A DNA stretch of 64,000 bases from Malacoraja senta. Taxonomy: Eukaryota. The translations under genes and the position numbers were made by a program. The notes beneath the pieces are model-generated. The model was given only the letters and a program-made list of their open reading frames with translations. It made no database searches and was not told where the DNA came from. Positions 34,900 to 44,931 of this stretch are shown here, in pieces. The DNA is taken from assembly GCA_038087875.1 (NCBI GenBank), contig JAXLNO010000172.1:62001-126000 (forward strand). The letters run 5' to 3'. Each line of letters opens with the position of its first letter. The first letter of the stretch is position 1.

Positions 34900-35530
34900 G
34901 TTGGGGGATTTAGACAAGGGGGTTGATTGGCAAATGGATGGAGTTAGTGACAAAGGCAAAAAGTGAAAAGAACACAAAAGGATGTCAGATAAGAAAATGA
35001 GAGGAGTGAAATATGAAGCCAGAGGGAGGGATATGGATAGATGGGGAAGGAGGGATAAAAGGGAAATGGGGGGCTGGGGTATGGGAAGGGTGGGAAATGA
35101 GCGTGCAGAGGACTGGAAAGAAGCAGAATGACAGGGATGGCTGGAGAAGCATGTCGCACCAAGGTCAGGGAAGATAGGTGGGGGTGGGGGAAGAGTGCAG
35201 TGGATATTATTTGAAATTGGACAATTTAATGTCCATACTATTGGGTTATATGCTACCCAAGCGGACTATGATGTGTTGTTCCTCCAGTTTGCGTGTGACC
35301 TCACTCTGGCATCAGAGGAGGCCAGGGACAGGAAAGGTCGTAATGGGAAGGGGAATTAAAATGGGGAGTTTCAGCAGACCTTAGCAATTTTTTTCAAAAT
35401 GGTCATCTAGTCTATGCTTGGTCTCAGCTCTGTAAAGGAGGTCATGATTGGGGGCATAAAATGCAAGAGATGAGGATGAAAGAGTGCACATGAATCTTTG
35501 TCTCACCTGAAAAAGTTGCAGGGGTTGCAG
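34900..35530 (-). mobile_element. Penelope-like element remnant
   Basis: Minus strand ~35207-35295 encodes RKLEEQHIIVRLGSI*PNSMDIKLSNF (GIY-YIG ORF end) followed by a pyrimidine-rich UTR; edges approximate. Confidence 0.65.
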
Positions 35531-36149
35531 CCTGGAAGTAACTGTTTTTGGCTCAATATTCCAGCATCTTTAGTTTCTTGTGCCTCTGGTCATTTTTTGA
35601 AGTTGGTCATTGTCTTAAACTTATTGAGTGAATGTTACCATTCATCAGTCCATGTGTACTGTGCTATTTTGGTCTTGCTGTGTGCTGACATGCACAGCTT
35701 CCTTTTCTGAACACCACCAAACATCACTACTTCGGATCTTCTGGTTGAAGAAAGGTCGGTGTAAAAGCAAATGCTATAGAACAGAAAATGTTTGAAAGCT
35801 TCAGCGTTCAGACAACATTTGTGCATAGACAGCTCTGAACATAAACAGCTCTGAAACGTTACGTGTTTCTCTTTCGACACTTCCTGTGCGCCTTGAGGAT
35901 ATTCTGTTTTTATTTCTGATTTCCAGCATCTACCCTTTCTATTTTCTTGAAGCGAATGAAAAGTTTCTGAATAATAGTCACAATATCTAAGCCCTTGGAT
36001 AATGAGTGACATCTGTCTTTCTGCATTGAAGATTTTCCATCCAGTGCCCAGGTTTTCAGATTTCTTGTTAAATATTGGTATCTGTGCATAAGTGATAGCA
36101 GCAATAAGTAATAGTCCATCATTATAGTGTTAATTGTTTTTCTCTACAG

Positions 36150-36308
36150 GCTGCTCTTGTTGGAGGTTCAACAATGATAGTTGGCTATGTATTACCAGAT
36201 AAAGAGACTTCACTTCTCGAGGCCTATGAAAGAGCTCGAAATCTTGCGGATCCTAAAGTGTGCTGCGACTACTCTCTTCACGTTGGTGTGACATGGTGGT
36301 CTCCACAG
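36150..36308 (+). CDS. DPYSL5: CRMP5 coding exon 2
   Basis: tttttctctacAG acceptor; [16 protein letters not shown]...[20 protein letters not shown]; 159 nt; GTAGAG donor. Confidence 0.95.
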
Positions 36309-36799
36309 GTAGAGCTATATTTTATTGCTGGCTTTTTCAAAAGTTGTCTTTTTTTAATCAGTAAATAGATGGTTCTTTGCATCGGGTTGAACAAAAGCCA
36401 GTATTGAAGATGTTCAATGAAAAGATTGGAGCTTGTTAAAATATAATTAATAAAGAATTGGTGAATTAGTAAAGATTAATACGCAATTGATTTAGTGCTT
36501 TGAGTTAGTGTAATGAGGCTTGTCTCGTAACTCTGAATGTCAAAAGTCATAGGATGAAGTTCACATCTTCGCTTGAAAGAAATTTTATTTTGGCTTGTAT
36601 TACCTCACTTCCTCATTGAACACTTAATTGAATGATTGAATCTTGCATTCTCCCAAAATGACTTCAAATCTCAAAGATTGACTTTGGCTTTATGCAAAGA
36701 AGAGGACAGCATAATGATGCAGCAAATGGAGCCACTGCCTTAGAGCATCAGAGACCCGAGTTCAATCCTAGGCTCCTCCAGCTTTATTAAAAATTCTAG

Positions 36800-37787
36800 T
36801 TGGGCCGTATTTAGAGTATTAGGTGTTAATCTGGTGGCCCGATTCAGCAGGATGCTTCCTGGATTAGTGTATTAGCCATAAGGAGAAGTTGCACAGCAAA
36901 TTGTTTACTGTGTGCAATTCTGGTTGTCCTATTACAGGAAGGATATGGCTTTGAATAGGATCCTGAAGAGGTTTACCAGATTGCCATCTGGATTGCAGGG
37001 TATTTAGCTGCAGCTCATTCCAGGCACCACCAATTTCTGTACAAAAATGCCCCACACACCTCCTTTAAACTTTATTCTTCTTGACTTAAAGTGTGCTTTC
37101 TAGTCTTTGACATTCCACCTTGGGAAATAAGTTCTGTCTGTCCTTTCTATGGCAATCCAAAATTTTCCAACCTCTCCTTATAGCTAATAGCCTCTGATCC
37201 AGGCAGCATTGGTAAACCTCTTTGGCATCTTTTCCAAAGCCTCCATCCACATTCCTTGCTGTAATGGGGTGATCAGAACTGCACACAATATTCCAAAAGC
37301 AGTCTAACATAAGTTCTATAATTATGCAAAATGACTTTATGGCACTTCTCAATGCCCTGACCAATGAAAGCAAGCATGCCATAACCTCATTTCCCACTCT
37401 ATCTACTTGTGTTCCCACTTTCACGGAGCTGTAGACTTGGACCCCAAGATCCCTCTGCACATCAATACTGTTCCGGGTCTTGCCATTAGCTATGTACTTT
37501 CCCCTTGCATTTGATGTCCCTAGCAGCACCTCTCATTTGCTTGGATTAAACATTTCTGTAGCTGATCTATATCCCGCTGTATACTATGATAGCCTTCCTC
37601 ACTGATAAGGGAGATAGTCAATCCAGAGTGCAAATGTCAAATGCTGGAGGGCATAGCTTTAAGGTAAGAGGGGGGATGTTTAAGGGATATTTACGAAACA
37701 AGCTGTTTTTTACACAGTGGTAGGTACCTGCAACATGCTGTTAGGGGAGATGGTGGAAACAGATGGGATAATAATGTTTAATAGATA
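36800..37787. mobile_element. Old CR1 fragments in both orientations; the + strand 3' end hosts the Helitron and the DNA transposon
   Basis: Decayed RDLGV and IERVQ-type motifs; the + strand piece resumes at 38665-38682 and 39722-39845. Confidence 0.65.
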
Positions 37788-37959
37788 CTAGACCAAGTGC
37801 AGATCGGTTGGGTCTGTTGCCCCAACGCGCGTTTGCAGGGGGGCCGGGGCGGCATGCGCCGTCACACACACTAACTACCCCCCCCGCACACACGCTAACT
37901 ACCCCCCTTGATATTATATTAATATTATTCATTTGCTCCTCTTACCCCATAACCGAGAG

Positions 37960-38430
37960 TGAGGGCAGAGAGAGAATGGAGAGAGGGGCAGAGACGGAGG
38001 GAGAGGGGGGGAGGGGAGGGGGAGGGGGAGAGGGGAGAGGGGAGGGGGAGAGGGGAGGGGGAGAGGGGAGGGGGGGAGGGGGAGAGGGGAGGGGGAGAGG
38101 GGAGGGGGAGAGGGGAGGGGGAGAGGGGAGGGGGAGAGGGGAGGGGGAGAGGGGAGGGGGAGAGGGGAGGGGGGATGGGGAGGGGGGATGGGGAGGGGGA
38201 GATGGGGAGGGGGATGAGAGGGGAGGGGGGATGAGGATGGGGGAGGAGAGCGGGGAGGGTGAAGGGGGAGACAGGGGTAAGGGGTGGCGGTGGGGGAAGG
38301 GGGGGAAGGGTGGGTGAAGGGGGTAGAGAGGGGTGGGGGGGGAGAGGTGGAGAGGGAAAGGGGAGAGAGGAAGGGGGGAGAGAGAGAAGGGGGGAGTGGG
38401 GGAAAGGAGGGAGGGAGGGGGGGGGGAGAT
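37960..38430 (+). repeat. Purine-rich G/A minisatellite ((GGAGAGGGGAGGG)n-like) inside the Helitron
   Basis: About 470 nt of G-runs separated mostly by A. Confidence 0.9.
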
Positions 38431-38568
38431 CTCCCACCCCTGTCCCATTGTGATATCATATGTAAATGAGATCCATTGTGATTAGACATCTGTGAGATGG
38501 CACTGTGACTCGTGCAGCAGTTTGATTTTAAAATTTACTCCCTTCCCCCTCCCCTCCTCCCCTCCTCT

Positions 38569-38617
38569 CCACACACACGCGCGCACACACGCGCACGCAC
38601 ACACACGCGCACGCACA

Positions 38618-38651
<34 letters not shown>
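38569..38651 (+). repeat. (CA)n/(CG)n microsatellite inside the Helitron
   Basis: Alternating purine-pyrimidine tract. Confidence 0.9.
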
Positions 38652-38655
<4 letters not shown>

Positions 38656-38682
38656 AAGGAAAGATTTGGACAGACCCATAAA

Positions 38683-39721
38683 AAGGTATGTTACAATACG
38701 CACCTTAAGCGGCGCTGTAATTCTGAATTCTGTCACTGGCCGTGTGCGCGATTTTGGTGCCTTTAAGGGGGGGCGGGGTTAAAGCGCGGGTTTCTCCTCC
38801 CTTGTCCTGATTTATACTTTGTTGGAGTACCAGCTTCTCTGGAAGAAGCGTTCCGAGTGCCGTTTTGCGTAGTTTGTTTTAAAAATCTCCCAACAAGTTC
38901 AGCGTTGGAATCATTTTAAAATCATCTTCTGAAGCGTCAACGCCAACAACGGGGACGGATTTCACACAAGGGATAGGTAAACGAAAGTGCTTTATTTTAA
39001 TGTATAAACGTTCCCCTTAAGAGGCCTTTAATTCACATTTTTTCATGCGACACGGTGATTTTATTCCCCGAATTAACGGCAGTATTTTTCATGCCAATAC
39101 GGGGTTAAATTCACCGCAAATGAACGTTCCAAAAGATAGCGTTCCAGAAATCCTCACACAAGATGAATTAAATCCCCATTAATTTACAGGTATTAAACAT
39201 TCAATTCCTTCCATTTGGTCTGTAAATTCATGAAAATTAGATTTAAAAATTATGTTATATTGTGAATTATTGTGTGAATGTTATTTGGACACAGGCTATT
39301 TAAAAATGTTAATCTATTCTTAAGAAATTGATAGATGTTTAGATCTAGTAATTGAATTTTGTAATTAGCTACAATTAGGTAACTAACCAATTATATGCTT
39401 TACTTTCATGTCTTCGAAGTAAGATTGTTTCATATTTGTTTCAGAATGCTTCAATCTATAATAACTGAAAATTTCTTTCAGTTATCATAATTTTTAAGAA
39501 AGTTATGGGCTTTTAACTGTCCTCGATCACAGCTTTTGTGTCAATGGAAAAGCAATAGGGAACTAGATGCTAATTTCTGAGTATGATATTGGCCATAACT
39601 TTTTTAATACTGAAGATATGAAAGTGAATGAAGTGTCAAATTAAACTTCTTTTTATGCTTTATCTGATGGGATAAATTGCAGACTTTATTTTTAAAATCT
39701 CAAAATTTTGTAACATTGCTA
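38683..39721. mobile_element. Unclassified non-autonomous DNA transposon, copy 2
   Basis: 7-bp TSD CCATAAA (38676-38682 / 39722-39728); subterminal inverted 9-mer ATGTTACAA / TTGTAACAT; homologous to 10792-12004. Confidence 0.8.
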
Positions 39722-40608
39722 CCATAAACAGTTAAGGAACAGAGGGATACAGCTCGTGTCCAAACAGATTGGATTAGTTTAGATTGGCATGGTAGTTGAT
39801 GCTGACATGGTCGGCTGTTCATATGCTAGACTATTTATGTTCCAACCTCTGTGCCACCAAAGTGTCAGAAAATATCATCTCCACCATTTAAACTTTACGT
39901 GTAAAGTCATTATTATTGCCAACTGCTGAATTGTCAAGGTCCTGCGACACACCATTGAGCATGTGTTCCATTCAATAGTAAGCAATTGCCAGGCGAATAA
40001 ATGTGTAGCAAGTCTGTCTGCAGGTATTAAGGCTGGGCATTTGGTGAATGCTGATGATTTAGTCCAACTTATGAAATGATACTTGTCTTTAAAGGAAGAA
40101 GTGAGGAATGGAGCCATCCTGCAAGGAAATGTTGAGTAAAATTAGCTTTTATTCTTGAATTTCCACAAATAAGAAATAATCGTGATGGTAAAGTAATTAC
40201 AGTAATAAATAGAAATAATGGAAAACAGATGAGAATTTGTCGGGTAGTTACTGAGAGGCCATTTACCTTTACTGGCATGCTGGCAGCAGCGCTCGTTGCC
40301 TTGGGGCAAAGGATCAGCCATTCAAGAGTAAAATTTGAAATTTATCAACTTGAATTGCGAATCCTTAATTCTTCACGCGGGGAGTTGCAGCTGTCCTGTT
40401 AAAAATGGTTGAGAAAGAGATAATAGCATGAAGGGATCAGAAAGGTGGCACAGTTGTTGAAGTTCAGTTATGATATTGAATACTGAAGCGGGTCTGAGGG
40501 GCCATATCCTCATCCTGCTATTTTAATTTTACTGATGAAACTGCTTGCACTATGATTGAGCTGCATGCATGCGAGCCAAATCATTAATTTATTCTTTTAA
40601 ATATTCAG

Positions 40609-40788
40609 GTACAATGTGAAATGGAGGAACTAGTGAATGACCTTGGAGTGAATTCATTCCAAACATATATGACATACAAGGACCAGTACATGCTGCGGGA
40701 TAATGAACTTTACCAGGTTTTTCGTGCATGTAAAAGTCTGGGAGCCATCGCTTGTGTTCATGCTGAAAATGGAGATCTTGTTGCAGAG
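40609..40788 (+). CDS. DPYSL5: CRMP5 coding exon 3
   Basis: [25 protein letters not shown]...[11 protein letters not shown]; 180 nt; AG/GT boundaries. Confidence 0.95.
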
Positions 40789-41030
40789 GTAACATATTTA
40801 AGACTACCTGACATGTCATAAATTAAAATTATTTGAAATGAGACAAAAAAGAAGTTTAAATTATAATGGGGAATATTCTGCAGACGGTCACAACATAATT
40901 TGATATTGCCTTTGAGCTTTAATAAGTCAATTGATATATATATCCTGGGATGCAGGTCTTCCTGCAATAAACTGATTTAATTTAATCCAGTTTAATTCCA
41001 AGGGAGCATAAAACTGTACTTTTCTTTCAG

Positions 41031-41099
41031 GGTGCAAAAGAAGCTCTTGAATTGGGAATCACTGGGCCTGAGGGAATAGACATCAGCAGGCCTGAGGAG
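41031..41099 (+). CDS. DPYSL5: CRMP5 coding exon 4
   Basis: GAKEALELGITGPEGIDISRPEE; 69 nt; ttttctttcAG acceptor, GTTTGT donor. Confidence 0.95.
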
Positions 41100-42688
41100 G
41101 TTTGTCACATTAAAATGATTAATGCACATAAGCTTAAAATTTATTATCAGTATTGTACCTTCAGATATACAGATGGTGTTTGCGTACCATGTTTTTCAAG
41201 TGAGCAAAGAGCTTTGGGTATCAAGGTGAAAGTGAAGTAGACTGATGACAAATATTTCACTTATGAAACTTACATAAGTAACTACTTTGTTCCATCTGAT
41301 ATTTAGTCTGAATGACTTCTTTATATCCATTGTAAATCCAGAAAATAAATGTCACCTTTATGTCAGAGGAATAGTAATATGAAGCCAGTTATTCCTCTTA
41401 TTCTGCTCCCTTTGAAATTTCTACACTTTAAAAAAAAAGTGGTCTTGGATAAGCTAAACTGTCTTAAAACAATAACTGTTGCAGATCTAAAGTAGAAACA
41501 CAAAGGTGAAAACATCTTAGCAGGTCAGGTAAAATCAGTAAAGAGAGAAACTGAGTATGTTTAACGTCAATTAACTTTTGTCAGAACTGAAATAGGCGAG
41601 AATAGTGTTTTGAGGTGGAGGTTTGAAGGGAATAGAGGAATAACGGGAATGTCTCCAATAGGATGGAATGGCAAAAGACATAAGGCGATGTTCAAGTTGA
41701 GACCCTGAATTCTTAAGGGACTGACCAATCCTTGGTTCATTTTTCCTTTTCCACCAATAACCACTACCTTTCTTAGGGGGTTCCCAAGCAACTGCACGGG
41801 AAGCCATATTTGCCTTTTTACCTCATCCCTTTCTGCATGTAGGAACCTAAACATTCCTTTGGCTTCTGTCCAACTCACTCTATTGGATTCAAAATGCAGA
41901 AGAAATCAAATACAGATAAGGTAGCTGGTTGGTAGAACACCTCAGTTCGGTCCACAAGGATGATTGAGCTTTGAGTTGTCAGTCCTGTTAATTTTCCACC
42001 TGTTATCAGTCTGACTTGTATCTTTTACCTCTTATATAGTTTCTATGTAAGCTGCAGGAAAGGTAGCTCATCATCTGAAAGGGTATGTTGTAGCCCACAT
42101 TTTTAATATTGAACTCCTTAATTTCAGATAAATATCCTTTCCATTATTTTGTCAGGTAACTTTAAATAATGTATTGCTAACTGATAGATCTGTTGGGGAT
42201 TGTTTGGAATGGTTACATGGCAACTGTACAAACAAAGAAGAAATATTCACTGAAACAAGAGTCTGCAGATGCTGAAACTTGAGCAAAAAATAGACTGCGG
42301 AGGAACTTGGCAGGTGAGGCAGCATTTGTGTATGGAAATTGGCAAACTGTGTTTTGGGTCAGGACCCTTCTTCAAGAATGGAGTTGAGGGGAGATTAAGG
42401 TTCTACCAGCTATCTCTGCTCTACTCCAGCCTTGAAGGGTCCCAACCTAAAACATCACCTTTCCATTTCTCTCCACAACTGCTGCTGAAGAAATTCTGAT
42501 AGACTACATACACTGGTATAATAACTTTACAGGTCTCTGCCAAAACTCCATTGAATTTCATTCCAACATCTGTGGGTCCATACACTTGTGGGAAAACTTG
42601 GAAGGCTCTTTACCTTTTTTATTCAGTTAAATAATATATTTTTTCCTTTAAAAAAATAATTGAAATACTTATTGCTTGTTTCGTATAG

Positions 42689-42733
42689 GTTGAAGCAGAA
42701 GCAACACATCGTGCCATTACAATTGCAAATCGA
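42689..42733 (+). CDS. DPYSL5: CRMP5 coding exon 5
   Basis: VEAEATHRAITIANR; 45 nt; tAG acceptor, GTGAGT donor; too short for the ORF track. Confidence 0.93.
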
Positions 42734-42823
42734 GTGAGTTTTTCAATAAAATGTTTGTTTCAGCATATTTTTAGTATTTTATTGGGACGTTATCTAATTG
42801 ATACCATTACTTTTCCCCTTTAG

Positions 42824-42899
42824 ACCCATTGTCCATTATATTTGGTTAATATCTCAAGCAAATCAGCAGCTAATATCATTGCTTCTGCACGAATGCACG
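42824..42899 (+). CDS. DPYSL5: CRMP5 coding exon 6
   Basis: THCPLYLVNISSKSAANIIASARMH(G); 76 nt; follows a 90-bp intron; GTAAGG donor, phase 1. Confidence 0.93.
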
Positions 42900-43894
42900 G
42901 TAAGGTTGGTTACCAGAGTATGGAAAAATATAACCATTATATCCAGTGGTGGGTTTTTCGCCTAGATATTTTGTAATATGTTATTCTTGATTGTCATATT
43001 GGTGTATGAGGGTTGTGTATTTTTAGTAGTAGGACACCGTTACTAGTCAGGAAGTCAGAGTCACTTGTTATTCTGTTGAGTAAGAGTGATTTAAAGACAG
43101 GACTATAAAAATTTGAGGCATATAATTTGTGGAATTTGCTTCAGATGAAAAGTTGTTTCTCACATTTGTAAATTTCTTCAAAAATTGTAAATCTTTTTAA
43201 AACAACTGTATTAAAAAAAAATTACTGCCTTGAATTTTCCAAGCATAGACAAACATTGTTGGCTTTTAACATCTTGAAATTTTGAATCTGTGATATACTG
43301 ATCACTGAGAAAAAAACATTCATGTTTTTTCAAGGCAACAGTTTTTTATAAATCTATATATCACATGCCTGAGGCTGAAAAGATCTGAATCTTGATGAAC
43401 ACAAAATATAAACAAAAATCACAGCAAAACAGGAAACACACGCGTCATTTTTTCAGTTCTATCATCAATTTAAGGGTCACAGGAAATCTAATTACAAAAT
43501 GTCCATATCTTTGATTTTAAACTACATTACCAATGACCCCTGTCACTCAAATGAAAACATACAGTGCAGAAATATAATTTGAAATCAGATAGGACCCTGT
43601 TTCCATCACATTCTGCTTCAGGGTAAGAACTAAGACCATTCAGTCATTTGTCTGATTTGTGTAATTCTGTTTTCAGTTTGACTGTATAAGCCTGATACAT
43701 GGTAACAGTATGTCAGACTTCTATCAACTTCATTTCGATGACTCAGAACATCAAATCATGTTAGTTCAAGCATTCATTACCACCAAGATTAGAGTTATTT
43801 TAATCTCTTCAACAGGTCCTAGCTTTTTTCCAGTTCCATCACAGTCCAAAATCCTCATGTCATTTCAATGGGTAAAGATACAAATTTGGAATTT

Positions 43895-44500
43895 GTGAAG
43901 ACGCAAAAAAATGCATGTTGGAATCTGAAGCAAAAAGTAAACTGCTGGAAGAACTTACTGGATCAAGCAGCATCTTTGGTTCGAGACCTACATCAGGATT
44001 GCGAGTGTAGAGGGAAGATAGCTAATATATAGAAATGGGAGAGAGGGGGGGGATGCGACTGAAGCTTTCGAAGTTGGGTAAAGCATAAGAAAATACGGCG
44101 CACGGGAAGGATAAGAAAAGTGACCCAAGGGTGAAAAAACCCAGGCATGAGTGATGGACAGATGGAACCCGGTGGGAGAGGGGGTGGACGGTGGGGTGTG
44201 GATGTGATGACAAGGGTGAAGAAATGGCAAGAGCTCCTGATGTACTGCTGGGAGTGGGAATGGTACATGCAGAGTAATTTACTTGAATTTGTAAAATGCA
44301 GTATGCACACAGTTGAGCTGTAGATTACCCAAGTGAAATACAAGATCTTGTTTCCACTTGGCTTTAACATGGCAGTGAAGCAGGCTGATCAAAGACAGGT
44401 TAGTGTGGAAATAGGTAGGGGAGTTGAAATGACATGTGCTCAAAATGGTCATAGAAGGCAAAACGCAGTGCTCTCCAAAACATTTGCTTGTTCTACTCTT
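43895..44500 (-). mobile_element. Old Penelope-like remnant
   Basis: QDLVFHLGNLQLN...FK (decayed GIY-YIG ORF end) in ORF 44279-44554; terminal-repeat remnant at 43895-43990. Confidence 0.6.
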
Positions 44501-44534
44501 AGCCACATGGGCAATGGCAAGATTCTTCCAGCCA

Positions 44535-44850
44535 TTAGTTAAATTTAGTTTCAATTAGTTTAGATACTGCACGAAAACTGGCCCTTCGGCCCACTGCATC
44601 CACGCCGACCAGTGATCCCTATACACTCGCACTATCCTACACACTAGGGACAATTTACAATTTTTACCAAAACTAACTACAAACGTGAATGTCTTTGGAG
44701 TATAGGAGTAAACCGAGCACCAGGAGGAAACCCACGCAGTCACAGGGAGAACTTACAAACACCATATAGACACCACCCATAGTCAGGATCGAACCCGGGT
44801 CTCTGCCGCTGGAAGGCAGCACCTCTACCGTAAAGCGCCACCGTGCTGCC
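44535..44850 (-). mobile_element. tRNA-derived V-SINE (HE1-like)
   Basis: GGCAGCACGGTGGCGC head, B box GGTTCGATCC, V-domain GCGTGGGTTTCCTCC...CTCCAAAGAC, CR1-derived tail GGGCCGAAGGGCC, (CTAAA)n end. Confidence 0.88.
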
Positions 44851-44858
44851 TGAAAGCA

Positions 44859-44931
44859 TGGAAGATGCGGGCATCGATCCCGCATCCTCTTGCATGCTAA
44901 GCGGGCGCTCTACCATTTGAGCTAATCCCCC
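44859..44931 (-). tRNA. tRNA-Ala(AGC), probably degenerate/pseudogene
   Basis: 73 nt GGGGGATTAGCTCAAATGGTAGAGCGCCCGCTTAGCATGCAAGAGGATGCGGGATCGATGCCCGCATCTTCCA; G3:U70 identity pair, intact D and T arms, but C28:A42 and C29:A41 mismatches in the anticodon stem. Confidence 0.85.

Larger units (their letters stand above)
37788..38664 (-). mobile_element. Non-autonomous Helitron (877 bp)
   Basis: Minus strand 5'-TC...CTAG-3' inserted between A and T with no TSD; imperfect hairpin CAGATC...GGTCTG ~10 nt from the 3' end; removal restores the CR1 sequence AATAGATA|TTTGGACAG. Confidence 0.85.

Noticed and set aside
36714..36775. tRNA-like A/B box segment
   Set aside because: Decayed SINE head with no cloverleaf.
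37808..38782. Pro/Ser-rich, Gly/Glu-rich and His/Thr-rich ORFs on both strands
   Set aside because: Translations of the G/A minisatellite and CA repeat inside the Helitron.
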